From NCBI GenBank assembly GCA_964435365.1, contig CAYSZM010000002.1, positions 22,567 through 86,566 of the forward strand: a DNA stretch of 64,000 nt. The letters are read 5' to 3'. Shown here piece after piece: positions 40,423 through 50,077 of the stretch. Source of the DNA: an uncultured Victivallis sp. (GTDB lineage: Bacteria > Verrucomicrobiota > Lentisphaeria > Victivallales > Victivallaceae). The notes under the pieces were generated by a model. The model was not told where the DNA came from. It did no database searches and saw only the letters and a program-made list of their open reading frames with translations. Position 1 is the first letter of the stretch, and every line of letters starts with the position of its first letter. Made by a program: the position numbers and the translations under genes.

Positions 40423-41310
40423 TCAACTCCTTTCGTGAAGTTCCCGCCGCATGGCGGAAACCTGGTCACAAACGAGTCCGAAAAGAAAAATCAGAATGGC
40501 CGTGATGGAAAGAATCAAAGAAGCCATGCTCAATTTCAATTTTTCATAGTAATAGATGTCTTTGGCAAAGCTCAGACAGGCCAGAAAAGCAAACCAGAGC
40601 GAAACATGAGTGAACACTTTCAGCGGATCGTACAGCATCGTAAGGCGCAACATCAGCATCAGCGTATCGGTGCCATGGCGTAATTGCCGAACCGTGCTCT
40701 TGCCTATTCTCTGCTGTACAACGATTGGAACATAACGAATGCGCTGCCCCGTCTTCAACATGGCAAAACTGCTGGTCGTCGAGAAGGAAAACTTATCAGA
40801 CGCCAGATGCATATAACGCAAAATCACTTTCCGCCGGAAGATCCGCAATCCGGAGTTGAAATCAGGCAGCTTGGTTCCGGCCAGCCAGTCGGCGAAGTGG
40901 CGCAGGATGAATTTTCCGGGGCGGCGGGATATCGGCGCATGGCTGCTGTTGCTGCGAATGCCGACGACCATATCGTACCCTTCTGCCGCGTTGAGAACAG
41001 AACGGACATCTTCGATGCGATGCTGGCCATCTGCATCGCACATCAAAACATATTCCGTTTGCGCACGGTTGATTCCGGTCTTTAACGCGGCGCCATACCC
41101 GCGGTTCTGTTGATGATGAATTGCAATGATCCCCGGCAGTCCGTCAATGATTTCTCCCGTATTGTCGCTGGACCCGTCATCGATAATGATGATAGGGCAG
41201 TGGGGAAAATTTTCTGCCAATAATTTGGCGACCTGCTCGATAGCTCCCGCTTCATTATAAGCCGGAACAATAATACTGACCTCGGATTCATTAATCATTG
41301 TATTGTTCAC
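40423..41310 (-). CDS. GT2 polyprenol-phosphate glycosyltransferase (DPM1/GtrB-like) with two C-terminal TM helices
   Basis: IVPAYNE, IDDGSSDNT, NRGYGAALKTG, DADGQH, PDFNSGLR. Confidence 0.85.
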   Translation of the reverse strand: MNNTMINESEVSIIVPAYNEAGAIEQVAKLLAENFPHCPIIIIDDGSSDNTGEIIDGLPGIIAIHHQQNRGYGAALKTGINRAQTEYVLMCDADGQHRIEDVRSVLNAAEGYDMVVGIRSNSSHAPISRRPGKFILRHFADWLAGTKLPDFNSGLRIFRRKVILRYMHLASDKFSFSTTSSFAMLKTGQRIRYVPIVVQQRIGKSTVRQLRHGTDTLMLMLRLTMLYDPLKVFTHVSLWFAFLACLSFAKDIYYYEKLKLSMASLILSITAILIFLFGLVCDQVSAMRRELHERS

Positions 41311-41390
41311 TTCAATTTAAAGATAATGAAAATGCGAATTCTCTAATGCCATAATTTTTTCAGTTCGCGCAGTTCCGCTGCGGACGCGCT

Positions 41391-42824
41391 TCAAGACTGT
41401 GCGGAAATCAATCGGAGGGTCCGTCTGAGCCGGTGACGGGAGAAAAGCAATATACTCAAGCCGAAGATTCCGGTAACCACAAAAGGAATGAGCAGGATCT
41501 GCAAATACATGGAATGAGGCCACCAGGGCATCAACAACCAGCAACCGCCGCAGGCCGCCCCGATGGATAACAGCGGCACGAAGAACAGACGCAACACACT
41601 CATTATGCGGATCCGCAATACATGAGCAACAAACGCGATATTCATGATCGAATTAATCAACTGCGCAACACTGGTTGCGATAATCAACGCCATGAATCCG
41701 AAAGGGATGCTGACGACAATCGCGACAACGAGGATGATACGCTGGAAAATCGTCAGCTTCAATAGCGCGTCGACGTGCCCCAGTCCGTTCAGCAGGGCAT
41801 TTCCGATGGCTTGAATCGGCATGACCCACCCCAATACACACAGAACCTGAAGGATGGGAATACAGCGCGACCATTTTTCGGTCAGCAACAGAAGAATCAG
41901 CGGCTTCCCCAGTAGAAACAAACCGCCCATGCACAAAATGAGCAACGAACAGGACAGCCAGAGAAAGGCAAAATAGTAATTCGTCACAACCTTCAGATCA
42001 TGCTGGTTTTTAGAGAAAAACGGAAAGCTGAACTTGACAAAAGTGCCTTGAAGCAAATTCCGCGGCACGCATGTAATGGATTGCGCACGCGTGAAAATAC
42101 CCACATCGGAAATGCTGAAATAACGCCCGATCAAAATCGGATTCAAATTGTTGAACACGTTTTCAATGAAACTCATTGATATGATTCGGCTGGCGTAGCG
42201 CCATAACCTTCTGAAGCTTTCCCAGCAAAAACTGAAATTCGGCCGCCAGCTGCTGCACACCCACAATCCGCATACCACAAGTCCGGTACGGGAGAGCCTG
42301 CAAACAATGATGCTCCAGGCGCCGGCGCCGTAATATGCCGCCCAGATACCCAGAATGCTGCTGATGATGATTCCGACGAAATTGATGATCGCCAGCTGTT
42401 GCATTTTCAGTTCTTTGACCAGGATGCTCCGCTGAACCAACCCACCCGCATTGATGACAATGAGCAACGCGAGCACCTGCAACATCGGAGAAAGAACCTG
42501 ATGCCGGTAAAACCGGGCAACCAAATCGGAACAGCAGAAGAGAAGCAGGTAAAAGCCGATGCTGATGACCATGTTGAACCAGAAAATCGTATTGCGGTCA
42601 TCTTTTTCCGTATGCTGCTGGCGGCTCTGGATCAGGGCGCTGCCGAATCCGCCATCGATGATGCCCTGACTGATTGTAATAAAAACCATCAGCACACCGC
42701 ATAATCCGTACTCCTCTGCACCCAGCAGGCGAGCAAGGACGATGCCGACGATGAATACGACAATTTCCCCGGAGAGGGTTTCGAAAAAACTCCAGCCCAT
42801 CAGGGCGGATAATCTGCTGCTCAT
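41391..42824 (-). CDS. wzx: Wzx-type polysaccharide flippase
   Basis: IVLARLL...EYGL, DGGFGSALIQ, NTIFWFN, LIGRYFS, LLTEKW, 12+ TM segments. Confidence 0.88.
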   Translation of the reverse strand: MSSRLSALMGWSFFETLSGEIVVFIVGIVLARLLGAEEYGLCGVLMVFITISQGIIDGGFGSALIQSRQQHTEKDDRNTIFWFNMVISIGFYLLLFCCSDLVARFYRHQVLSPMLQVLALLIVINAGGLVQRSILVKELKMQQLAIINFVGIIISSILGIWAAYYGAGAWSIIVCRLSRTGLVVCGLWVCSSWRPNFSFCWESFRRLWRYASRIISMSFIENVFNNLNPILIGRYFSISDVGIFTRAQSITCVPRNLLQGTFVKFSFPFFSKNQHDLKVVTNYYFAFLWLSCSLLILCMGGLFLLGKPLILLLLTEKWSRCIPILQVLCVLGWVMPIQAIGNALLNGLGHVDALLKLTIFQRIILVVAIVVSIPFGFMALIIATSVAQLINSIMNIAFVAHVLRIRIMSVLRLFFVPLLSIGAACGGCWLLMPWWPHSMYLQILLIPFVVTGIFGLSILLFSRHRLRRTLRLISAQS

Positions 42825-42827
42825 AAA

Positions 42828-43763
42828 TTAATCAAGGGATTGTTGAACATACTCGCGAACAGTTCTGGCGATTCCCTGGTCAAGCGTAATTTGAGGCCGC
42901 CAGCCGAGAATGTTGGCTTTGCTGGAGTCCATCAGCTTGCGGTACATGCCGTCCGGTTTGGTGGCGTCCCATTGGATTTCGCCCTGGAATCCGGCGATTT
43001 TCGCAATTCTCTCCGCCAGTTCCCTGATCGTTACGTCGCTGCCGTAGCCGATGTTGATCACTTCCGGTTCGTTGTGGTTCTGCATGAAGAAATAAACCGC
43101 GTTCGCCACGTCGTCCACATGCAGGAATTCGCGCAGCGGCTTGCCGGTCCCCCAGACCACTTCTTCTTTTCTGTTTTCCCGTGCGGCCGTCACGAAACGC
43201 CGAACGAACGCCGGGAACACATGGCTGTGTTCCGGATGGTAATTGTCATTGGTTCCATAGAGGTTGCATGGCATCAGACTCACCGTGTTCCAGCCGTATT
43301 GCTTCGAGAGGTACAGACAGAGCTTGTATCCGGCGATCTTGGCCAGGGCGTAACCCTCGTTGGTCGGTTCCAGCGGCCCGGTCAGCAGGTATTCCTCTTT
43401 GATCGGCTGCGGAGCCTGGCACGGATAGATGCAGCTCGACCCCAGGAAGCAGAGCTTCTTGACGCCGTTGTAATAGCTCTGCATGATGACGTTGTTCTGG
43501 ATTTCGAGGTTTTCGACCAGGAATTCCGCACAATGCAGTTTATTTGCCATGATTCCGCCGACCTTCGCCCCGGCCAGAACCACGTATTCCGGCTTCTCCG
43601 CCTCAAAAAACGCCTTCACCGCCTGCTGGTCGCGCAAGTCGAGTTCAGCATGAGTCCGTTTCAAAAGATGGGTGTATCCTTCTTTTTCGAACTTCCGCAC
43701 ACAGGCGCTGCCGACCATGCCGCGATGGCCGCAGATGAAAATCTTCGCATCCTTCGGAATCAT
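42828..43763 (-). CDS. fcl: GDP-L-fucose synthase
   Basis: GHRGMVGSA, KVGGIMAN, LGSSCIYP, PTNEGYALAK, KPDGMYRK. Confidence 0.96.
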   Translation of the reverse strand: MIPKDAKIFICGHRGMVGSACVRKFEKEGYTHLLKRTHAELDLRDQQAVKAFFEAEKPEYVVLAGAKVGGIMANKLHCAEFLVENLEIQNNVIMQSYYNGVKKLCFLGSSCIYPCQAPQPIKEEYLLTGPLEPTNEGYALAKIAGYKLCLYLSKQYGWNTVSLMPCNLYGTNDNYHPEHSHVFPAFVRRFVTAARENRKEEVVWGTGKPLREFLHVDDVANAVYFFMQNHNEPEVINIGYGSDVTIRELAERIAKIAGFQGEIQWDATKPDGMYRKLMDSSKANILGWRPQITLDQGIARTVREYVQQSLD

Positions 43764-43765
43764 CT

Positions 43766-44821
43766 TCAGAATCCCATCTCATAGTTCGGATTGTCCAGCA
43801 GCCGAAGGTCGCCTTCGATCATGATCCTGACCAACTCTTCGAACTTCACTTCCGGCTCCCAGCCGAGTTTCTCCTTCGCCTTGGTCGGATCGCCGAGCAG
43901 CTGCTCGACCTCCGCCGGGCGGAAGTAGCGCGGATCGACCCGCATTACCGTTTTCCCGGTGGTGGTGTCGATGCCGACCTCGTCCACCCCCGTGCCCCGC
44001 CATTCGATCGGACGGCCGAGATGGGCGAAGGTCTTTTCGATGAATTCGCGGACGGTGTGCATCTCGCCGGTCGCCACGACATAGTCGTCGGCCTCTTCCT
44101 GCTGAAGCATCATCCACATCATCAGCACATAATCTTTGGCGTAGCCCCAGTCGCGACGGGCGTCGATGTTGCCCATGTAGAAGCAATCCTGCAATCCGCG
44201 ATGGATTCGCGCCGCCGCCATGGTGATCTTGCGCGTCACGAAAGTTTCGCCGCGCCGCGGGGATTCATGGTTGAAGAGAATGCCGTTGGAAGCGTGCAGA
44301 TCGTAGGCCTCCCGGTAATTCTTGGTGATCCAGAAGCCGTACAATTTGGCCACGGCGTAGGGGCTGCGCGGATAGAACGGAGTAGTCTCCTTCTGCGGAA
44401 CCTCCATCACCTTGCCGTAAAGTTCCGAGGTTGAGGCCTGGTAAAAGCGCGTCGGTATCCCGGTTTCTTTGATTGCGTCAAGCAGGCGAAGCGTCCCCAG
44501 CGCATCAGTTTCGGCAGTGTATTCCGGAACCTCGAAACTGACCTGGACGTGACTTTGGGCTCCGAGATTGTAGATTTCGTCGGGTCTGACCTTTTCCAGC
44601 ATTCGGCTCAAATTCGACGAATCCGTCAGGTCGCCGTAGTGGAGAAACAGCTTCACCCCATCCAGATGGGGGTCCTTGTACAGATGGTCGATCCGCCCGG
44701 TGTTGAAGCTGCTGGCCCGGCGAATGATGCCGTGTACCTCATACCCCTTTTCCAGCAGGAGCTCGGTCAGGTACGATCCGTCCTGGCCGGTGATTCCGGT
44801 AATTAAGGCCTTTGGGCTCAT
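43766..44821 (-). CDS. gmd: GDP-mannose 4,6-dehydratase
   Basis: [53 protein letters not shown] at 44821. Confidence 0.97.
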   Translation of the reverse strand: MSPKALITGITGQDGSYLTELLLEKGYEVHGIIRRASSFNTGRIDHLYKDPHLDGVKLFLHYGDLTDSSNLSRMLEKVRPDEIYNLGAQSHVQVSFEVPEYTAETDALGTLRLLDAIKETGIPTRFYQASTSELYGKVMEVPQKETTPFYPRSPYAVAKLYGFWITKNYREAYDLHASNGILFNHESPRRGETFVTRKITMAAARIHRGLQDCFYMGNIDARRDWGYAKDYVLMMWMMLQQEEADDYVVATGEMHTVREFIEKTFAHLGRPIEWRGTGVDEVGIDTTTGKTVMRVDPRYFRPAEVEQLLGDPTKAKEKLGWEPEVKFEELVRIMIEGDLRLLDNPNYEMGF

Positions 44822-45006
44822 AATATCCTCATTTGATGAATGATGATTGATCGGCGAGACTGTTTTTGAATCATCTCCCTGCGTTGCCGCCTTTCGGGAA
44901 ACGGACAGGACAGGGAACTTGAGCAATCGCCGGATGGGTATGCAGCGGTCATTGGGGCGACCGTTGTCACGCGCAAACGTCCCGGTCTGGCTTCTCTCCG
45001 AATTGC

Positions 45007-45990
45007 TCAGCAGTTTTCAAAATACCATCTCACGGCTTCCCGGAGGCCGTCTTTTACACTGTAACGCGGCGAATATCCCAACAGTCTGCGTCCCTTCTCA
45101 ATGGATGCCAGACTGTGGGGAATGTCCCCGATGCGGGGCGGTCCGTATTGCGGCTCGACCTTCGCGATTTCCGGATCGAACATGGCGAGCTCTTCGCGCA
45201 GATACCCGAAGAGTTCATTCAATGTCGTCCTCTGACCGAAAGCAACATTGTAAACCGTATTCAGCGCCTCCGGCCGTTTCGTGCCGAGCGCCAGCAGGTT
45301 GGCCTGTACGACATTGTCCACATAGGTGAAGTCGCGCGAATAATTTCCGTCTCCGTTGATGAGGGGGGATTCGTGCTTTAACAGGCTGATGACGAACTTC
45401 GGAATTACCGCGGCATATGCGCCGTTCGGGTCCTGCCGTCGGCCGAATACGTTGAAGTAGCGCAGCCCGACAGTGTCGATTCCATACAACTTATGGAAGT
45501 TCTCGGCATACAGTTCATTTACATATTTTGTGATGGCATAGGGGCTGAGGGGTTTGCCAATTTTGTCCTCTTCCTTGGGCAACGATTCACTGTCGCCGTA
45601 AGTCGAGGAGCTCGCCGCGTATGCAAACCGCTTCACTTTGGCTTCCTGCGCCGCATAAAGCACGTTGACGAAACCGGAGATATTGACTTCTGTCGATGTC
45701 ATGGGGTCTTTGACGGAACGCGGCACAGACCCCAGCGCGGCCTCGTGCAGCACGTAATCCGCCCCGGCGACCGCCTTGCGGCACATCGCAATATCGCGGA
45801 TATCCCCTTCGATCAGAGTGAACGCGCGGTTGCCGGCAAACGGCGTCAGGTTTTCGCGTTTACCGGTCATGAAATTGTCAAGCACAACAACTTCATTGTC
45901 CAGTTTCAGCAGGGCTTCGACCAGATTGGAACCGATGAACCCGGCACCGCCGGTTACGAGAATGCGCGAATTGCGAATCTGGTGTTCCAT
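45007..45990 (-). CDS. UDP-GlcNAc(A) C4-epimerase (WbpP/TviC-like SDR)
   Basis: [48 protein letters not shown]. Confidence 0.9.
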   Translation of the reverse strand: MEHQIRNSRILVTGGAGFIGSNLVEALLKLDNEVVVLDNFMTGKRENLTPFAGNRAFTLIEGDIRDIAMCRKAVAGADYVLHEAALGSVPRSVKDPMTSTEVNISGFVNVLYAAQEAKVKRFAYAASSSTYGDSESLPKEEDKIGKPLSPYAITKYVNELYAENFHKLYGIDTVGLRYFNVFGRRQDPNGAYAAVIPKFVISLLKHESPLINGDGNYSRDFTYVDNVVQANLLALGTKRPEALNTVYNVAFGQRTTLNELFGYLREELAMFDPEIAKVEPQYGPPRIGDIPHSLASIEKGRRLLGYSPRYSVKDGLREAVRWYFENC

Positions 45991-45993
45991 GCG

Positions 45994-47298
45994 TCAGAGT
46001 CTCCCGTCAACAATTTGGCGGGGCAGGATGTCCTTGATATCAAAGACGACCGCCGCAGACTTCTTGAATTTTTGAATATCGAGCGTGGCGAATTCACGAT
46101 GGGCTACGGCGAGCACGATAGCGTCATAGCTGTCAGGGTTCAGCATATCAAGCTTCTCAATCGAGTTCATTCCGTACTCATGCCTGATTTCGGCAGGATC
46201 TGCCCACGGATCATAAATATCCACTTTGCACCCGAATTCCTCCAGGCCGCGCACAACGTCCACGGCGTGGGAATTGCGGATATCCGGACAGTTCTCCTTG
46301 AACGTGATTCCCAGTATCAGGACATTTGCATTGGCGACTTTCTGCTCTTTCTTGATCATCAGTTTGACCACTTCGGTCGCCACGTATTTGCCCATCCCGT
46401 CATTGATGCGGCGTCCGGCAAGAATCACCTCAGGAAGATATCCCAGGCTTTGCGCTTTGTGCGTCAAGTAATACGGGTCCACACCGATGCAGTGACCGCC
46501 GACCAAACCGGGCTTGAATTTGAGGAAGTTCCACTTCGTTCCGGCGGCTTCCAGCACTTCGCCGGTGTCGATGCCGATCAGGTGGAAAATCTTCGCCAGC
46601 TCGTTGACGAAAGCGATGTTGAGGTCGCGCTGGGAATTCTCAATCACCTTGGCAGCCTCGGCCACCTTCATGCAACTCGCCTTGTGAGTCCCGTTCAGGA
46701 GAATGCTGTTATACAGTGCATCGACGATTTCAGCAGCTTCCGGAGTGGAACCCGAGGTGATTTTGAGAATCTTCGTCAGCGTATGTTCCTTGTCGCCGGG
46801 ATTGATCCGCTCCGGCGAATAACCGCAGAAGAAATCCCGGTTGAACTTCAGGCCGGAATGCTTTTCCAGTACCGGAACGCACTCTTCTTCGGTGCAGCCG
46901 GGATAGACGGTACTTTCGAAGATGACAATCGCGCCTTTTTTCATCACTTTCCCGATGGTTTCGCTGGCGCGATAGAGCGGAGTCAGGTCCGGGCGGTTGT
47001 ATTTGTCAACCGGCGTCGGAACGGTGACGATGAAAATGTCGCGATCCCGCAGATCATCCGGGTTGCTGGTGTATTTCAGGAATTTTGCCGCCTTCAGCTC
47101 CTCCGGCGAGGTTTCCAGTGTGGCATCCTCCCCATTGGTGAGCGACTCCAAACGCGCCTTTTTGACATCGAAGCCGATGGTATCGAATTTCTTTCCGAAT
47201 TCGACCGCAAGAGGCAACCCGACATAACCCAGTCCGATCAGACAGATTTTGACATTGCCGCTCGCAATCATGTTCAACATTTGTTTTTCCTGTTCCAT
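45994..47298 (-). CDS. UDP-N-acetylhexosamine 6-dehydrogenase (TviB/WbpO-like)
   Basis: GLGYVGLPLA, ESTVYPG, YSPERINPGD, GLVGGHCIGVDPYYL, FKENCPDIRNS. Confidence 0.92.
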   Translation of the reverse strand: MEQEKQMLNMIASGNVKICLIGLGYVGLPLAVEFGKKFDTIGFDVKKARLESLTNGEDATLETSPEELKAAKFLKYTSNPDDLRDRDIFIVTVPTPVDKYNRPDLTPLYRASETIGKVMKKGAIVIFESTVYPGCTEEECVPVLEKHSGLKFNRDFFCGYSPERINPGDKEHTLTKILKITSGSTPEAAEIVDALYNSILLNGTHKASCMKVAEAAKVIENSQRDLNIAFVNELAKIFHLIGIDTGEVLEAAGTKWNFLKFKPGLVGGHCIGVDPYYLTHKAQSLGYLPEVILAGRRINDGMGKYVATEVVKLMIKKEQKVANANVLILGITFKENCPDIRNSHAVDVVRGLEEFGCKVDIYDPWADPAEIRHEYGMNSIEKLDMLNPDSYDAIVLAVAHREFATLDIQKFKKSAAVVFDIKDILPRQIVDGRL

Positions 47299-47433
47299 AA
47301 TCAATGCAATTCCATTTGATGATTTTGACAACGGGTTATCATTTCAATAGCTTTTTTATCCGACAATCCCGAACCGATCGATAATGACAGCACTTTGCGA
47401 CGAATCGGTTCGGAGATCCACCAATGCAGTGCA

Positions 47434-47973
47434 TTAGTAAATCAAATCATCGGCGTTACAATTTATTACAATATTTCTGCAAAAAAAGTTCAAATTAACA
47501 ACAACTTTTGATTCATTTTCTCTTTGAACTACTATGACCTCATGGTCTTTAAAGGGACCGTTTTTCAGGCGAACGGTATCCCCTTTGCGCAGTCTTGGAT
47601 TAACCACAAGTTTATGATTTCGGGAAAGTATCTCGCTTTCACGAACAATCTTCAAATCGTAAATCAGGCAATCTTCCTCGGCGTCAGAAAGAACTTTCAG
47701 ATTCCAAACGCACTTATCACGGCGAATCAGTGTTTCCTCTTCATAGTCGGGACATGCAAAAAGATAACCGGGAAACATGGGCAGCAATATTTCCCGCTTG
47801 CTTCGATTGTGAATTTCAACCTTCGTGATTAGCGGAAGATAGACAATGATACCTTGCCTGGAACAGTTTTGTGCGGCGCATTTCTCGTTTCTCGGTCTCG
47901 TCTGAACCAAGCTCCAGTGCTTACCTGGCATTCTGACAAATCGATCAGAAATATCGTCTCGTTCGTTAACCAT
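47434..47973 (-). CDS. NusG-paralog transcription antiterminator (UpxY/RfaH/LoaP-like)
   Basis: WSLVQTRPRNEK, YLPL, LPMFPGYLF (NGN domain), KGDTVRLKNGPF (KOW). First gene of the polysaccharide operon. Confidence 0.88.
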   Translation of the reverse strand: MVNERDDISDRFVRMPGKHWSLVQTRPRNEKCAAQNCSRQGIIVYLPLITKVEIHNRSKREILLPMFPGYLFACPDYEEETLIRRDKCVWNLKVLSDAEEDCLIYDLKIVRESEILSRNHKLVVNPRLRKGDTVRLKNGPFKDHEVIVVQRENESKVVVNLNFFCRNIVINCNADDLIY

Positions 47974-48160
47974 ATTCTACAACCCAGATCCTATTCGGGG
48001 TATTATTTCAAGGCACGCGATGCCCACATATGGGGCATCCATACTTTGGATCTATTTTTACCGATTAGATCAAGTTATATCATTACGGGTCGTGTAATGA
48101 TATCCCCATTCACCAACATTTCTCCGTTGGTTACTTACTCGTTTTTTCATCTTAGTACAC

Positions 48161-48200
48161 AAAAAACCGCAACCCTCAGCAGTTATGCTGAGATTCGCGG
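48161..48200 (-). terminator. Intrinsic terminator-like hairpin upstream of the NusG paralog
   Basis: Minus strand CCGC-GAAT-CTCAGCA-TAAC-TGCTGAG-GGTT-GCGG-TTTTTT. Confidence 0.65.
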
Positions 48201-48214
48201 CTGTTGAAATTTGT

Positions 48215-48256
48215 AAAAAAATCGCCGGCGAGGGTACAAAAAATACCCTTGCCGGC
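48215..48256 (-). terminator. Second intrinsic terminator-like hairpin, in tandem with 48161..48200
   Basis: Minus strand GCCGGCAAGGGTA-TTTTTTG-TACCCTCGCCGGC-GA-TTTTTTT: 13-bp stem with one mismatch. Confidence 0.6.
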
Positions 48257-49060
48257 AAAAATTCCGGAACTCGTATTGTCGGTCCGAAAATCACGGCACG
48301 GCGAAGCCGTTGCGGAATTCACCGGAGAAAAAAACAAAAAATCAGGAAGGAATCTTAAAAAATGGAGAAAAATCGACTTCCCGATTCGGTTTAAGGGCAA
48401 GACTGGCGTTGGCATCATTATTTCTGCGGAAATATCGATCACCATAAACTCCCTGTTTCCCTATTATTTCCTTGGAACTAGCACGATAATAAATATAACG
48501 GATGAACTTCAAAAGTCAATCTGTGTATTGTAATAAATATATAAATACTTAATTGTGATTTTGATGGGATGTGCTTAACACAGAGAAGAGATGCAAGAGT
48601 CGATATTTTAAAAAAAGCGTGCAGCATTCCGCCAATTTCGTGCAGCCCACATTTCAAATAATTGAAGGACTCAGGCGGTTGGCAGAAGAGCGGAAAAACC
48701 ATGCACATGAAAGTGCCGCAGTCACAGGACACGGGCCGGCAGCATCGGGCGCGGGACATGCCAGCCGTTCGACACGAGGATCAGGATCACCGGCAGATTG
48801 TATTATCGAGCGTCTCCACCTCGTTTTCGGAATCCGATGCGGCATCGACGATAAGGAATCGCGTCGAGGCATTGTTCCAATGTTATCTGAAAAATTTCAA
48901 AACACGGAACCTTGACCGGGGAACACGCATGAAACAGATCATGCCCCACGAACTGACCGGGAAATCACGGGGGCGGTAATTCTCCTTAAAGGTTGACATT
49001 TCATTGCCGTGTTGTCGGCTGTATCACGTTTGCCGGCAATCAAAAACAGGAGGATTTCTC

Positions 49061-50077
49061 ATGGCTGAAGACCCCGTCGTTCGTTTGCATCTGCCAGTGG
49101 ATGCTTCTACAGGAAAATTGCTTTATGAGCATGGTGACGAAGTCCGCAATCCACGCGGCTTCCCTGGAATTGACTACAAGACAACGGTCGTATTCGCCTT
49201 CGAATTCCTGAATCGGGAGCTGTCTGCCAGTCTCCTCTGGAATCTGACGGCCCACCCACTCGATGCGGGAAAGACCTACGTTCTTTCCGGCGGCTGCGAT
49301 CAGAGCGCGGATGCTTCGCCGATGTTTCTCAGCAAAACGGAAGGATTCAACCTGCCCGGAGATTGGCCGGACGGCTCCGATCCCGATCCCGCCCTAGGAA
49401 GGCTGACGTTCCGCGTCATAATCGGCGATGAATATTTTGCCGCGATTGCCGGAAATAATACGTTACGTGAATTCTGCTCAATGACCGTGACAATCGGTTC
49501 CGGTTCCAGTTCCGCCGTAACTGCCCGGATTCCGTTCTATCCTCGCAAGCGTGCTGACGAATCGGCTGGCGGGAGCGGCAGCGGGAACGGCATGACGACA
49601 ACCGTAAATGGTCTCTACGGTTCTGTCATATTGACGGACACGAACGGCAATCCGCTTCCGGTTTCGGGTCAGACAATTACCTTCGAGGCAAACGGAAATG
49701 GATTACAGGCAGACAACGATCCTCTCGACGCCTACCAGGCGTACAGCGATATGCTCGGCCCCTACACCTGGCTGGACAACACCGATTCCTCGCCGACGCT
49801 GATTTTTTTCAAATACCAGCACTATCTGAAAAAGGTAACGTTCCTGGCGCTGGCGGACAACGAGGCATCACTCGGCGACGTGCGGCTGATCGCCGCGGTT
49901 GACGGCGTCGATGTCGCAACGTTCACGGTGGCGATCACCGCGGAAGCTGAGTTGATCACGCTTCCCCTTGAGGTGACCGCGGGGATGTTGACGATCCGCC
50001 GCGACGCGGACGACGAGCTGGATACGCTCGATTGCGCCGTCCGTATTTTCGCGGTTTCCACCTGGAGGGCTGCATGA
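49061..50077 (+). CDS. Hypothetical protein, phage tail/baseplate-like
   Basis: Strong CAGGAGGA RBS. Gly/Ser linker followed by TTVNGLYGSVIL, resembling the phage tail repeat VxSVNGxTGxV. Confidence 0.45.
   Translation: MAEDPVVRLHLPVDASTGKLLYEHGDEVRNPRGFPGIDYKTTVVFAFEFLNRELSASLLWNLTAHPLDAGKTYVLSGGCDQSADASPMFLSKTEGFNLPGDWPDGSDPDPALGRLTFRVIIGDEYFAAIAGNNTLREFCSMTVTIGSGSSSAVTARIPFYPRKRADESAGGSGSGNGMTTTVNGLYGSVILTDTNGNPLPVSGQTITFEANGNGLQADNDPLDAYQAYSDMLGPYTWLDNTDSSPTLIFFKYQHYLKKVTFLALADNEASLGDVRLIAAVDGVDVATFTVAITAEAELITLPLEVTAGMLTIRRDADDELDTLDCAVRIFAVSTWRAA

Noticed and set aside
48487-48541. TAATAAATATA direct repeat (two copies)
   Set aside because: Low-complexity sequence in an AT-rich tract; not distinguishable from chance.
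48571-48979. Small + strand ORFs (114 aa, 105 aa) upstream of the phage-like pair
   Set aside because: No RBS, motif or coding-like composition; cannot be supported as genes.
48972-48979. GGCGGTAA resembling the RfaH ops element
   Set aside because: One mismatch, wrong strand for the polysaccharide operon and no JUMPstart context.
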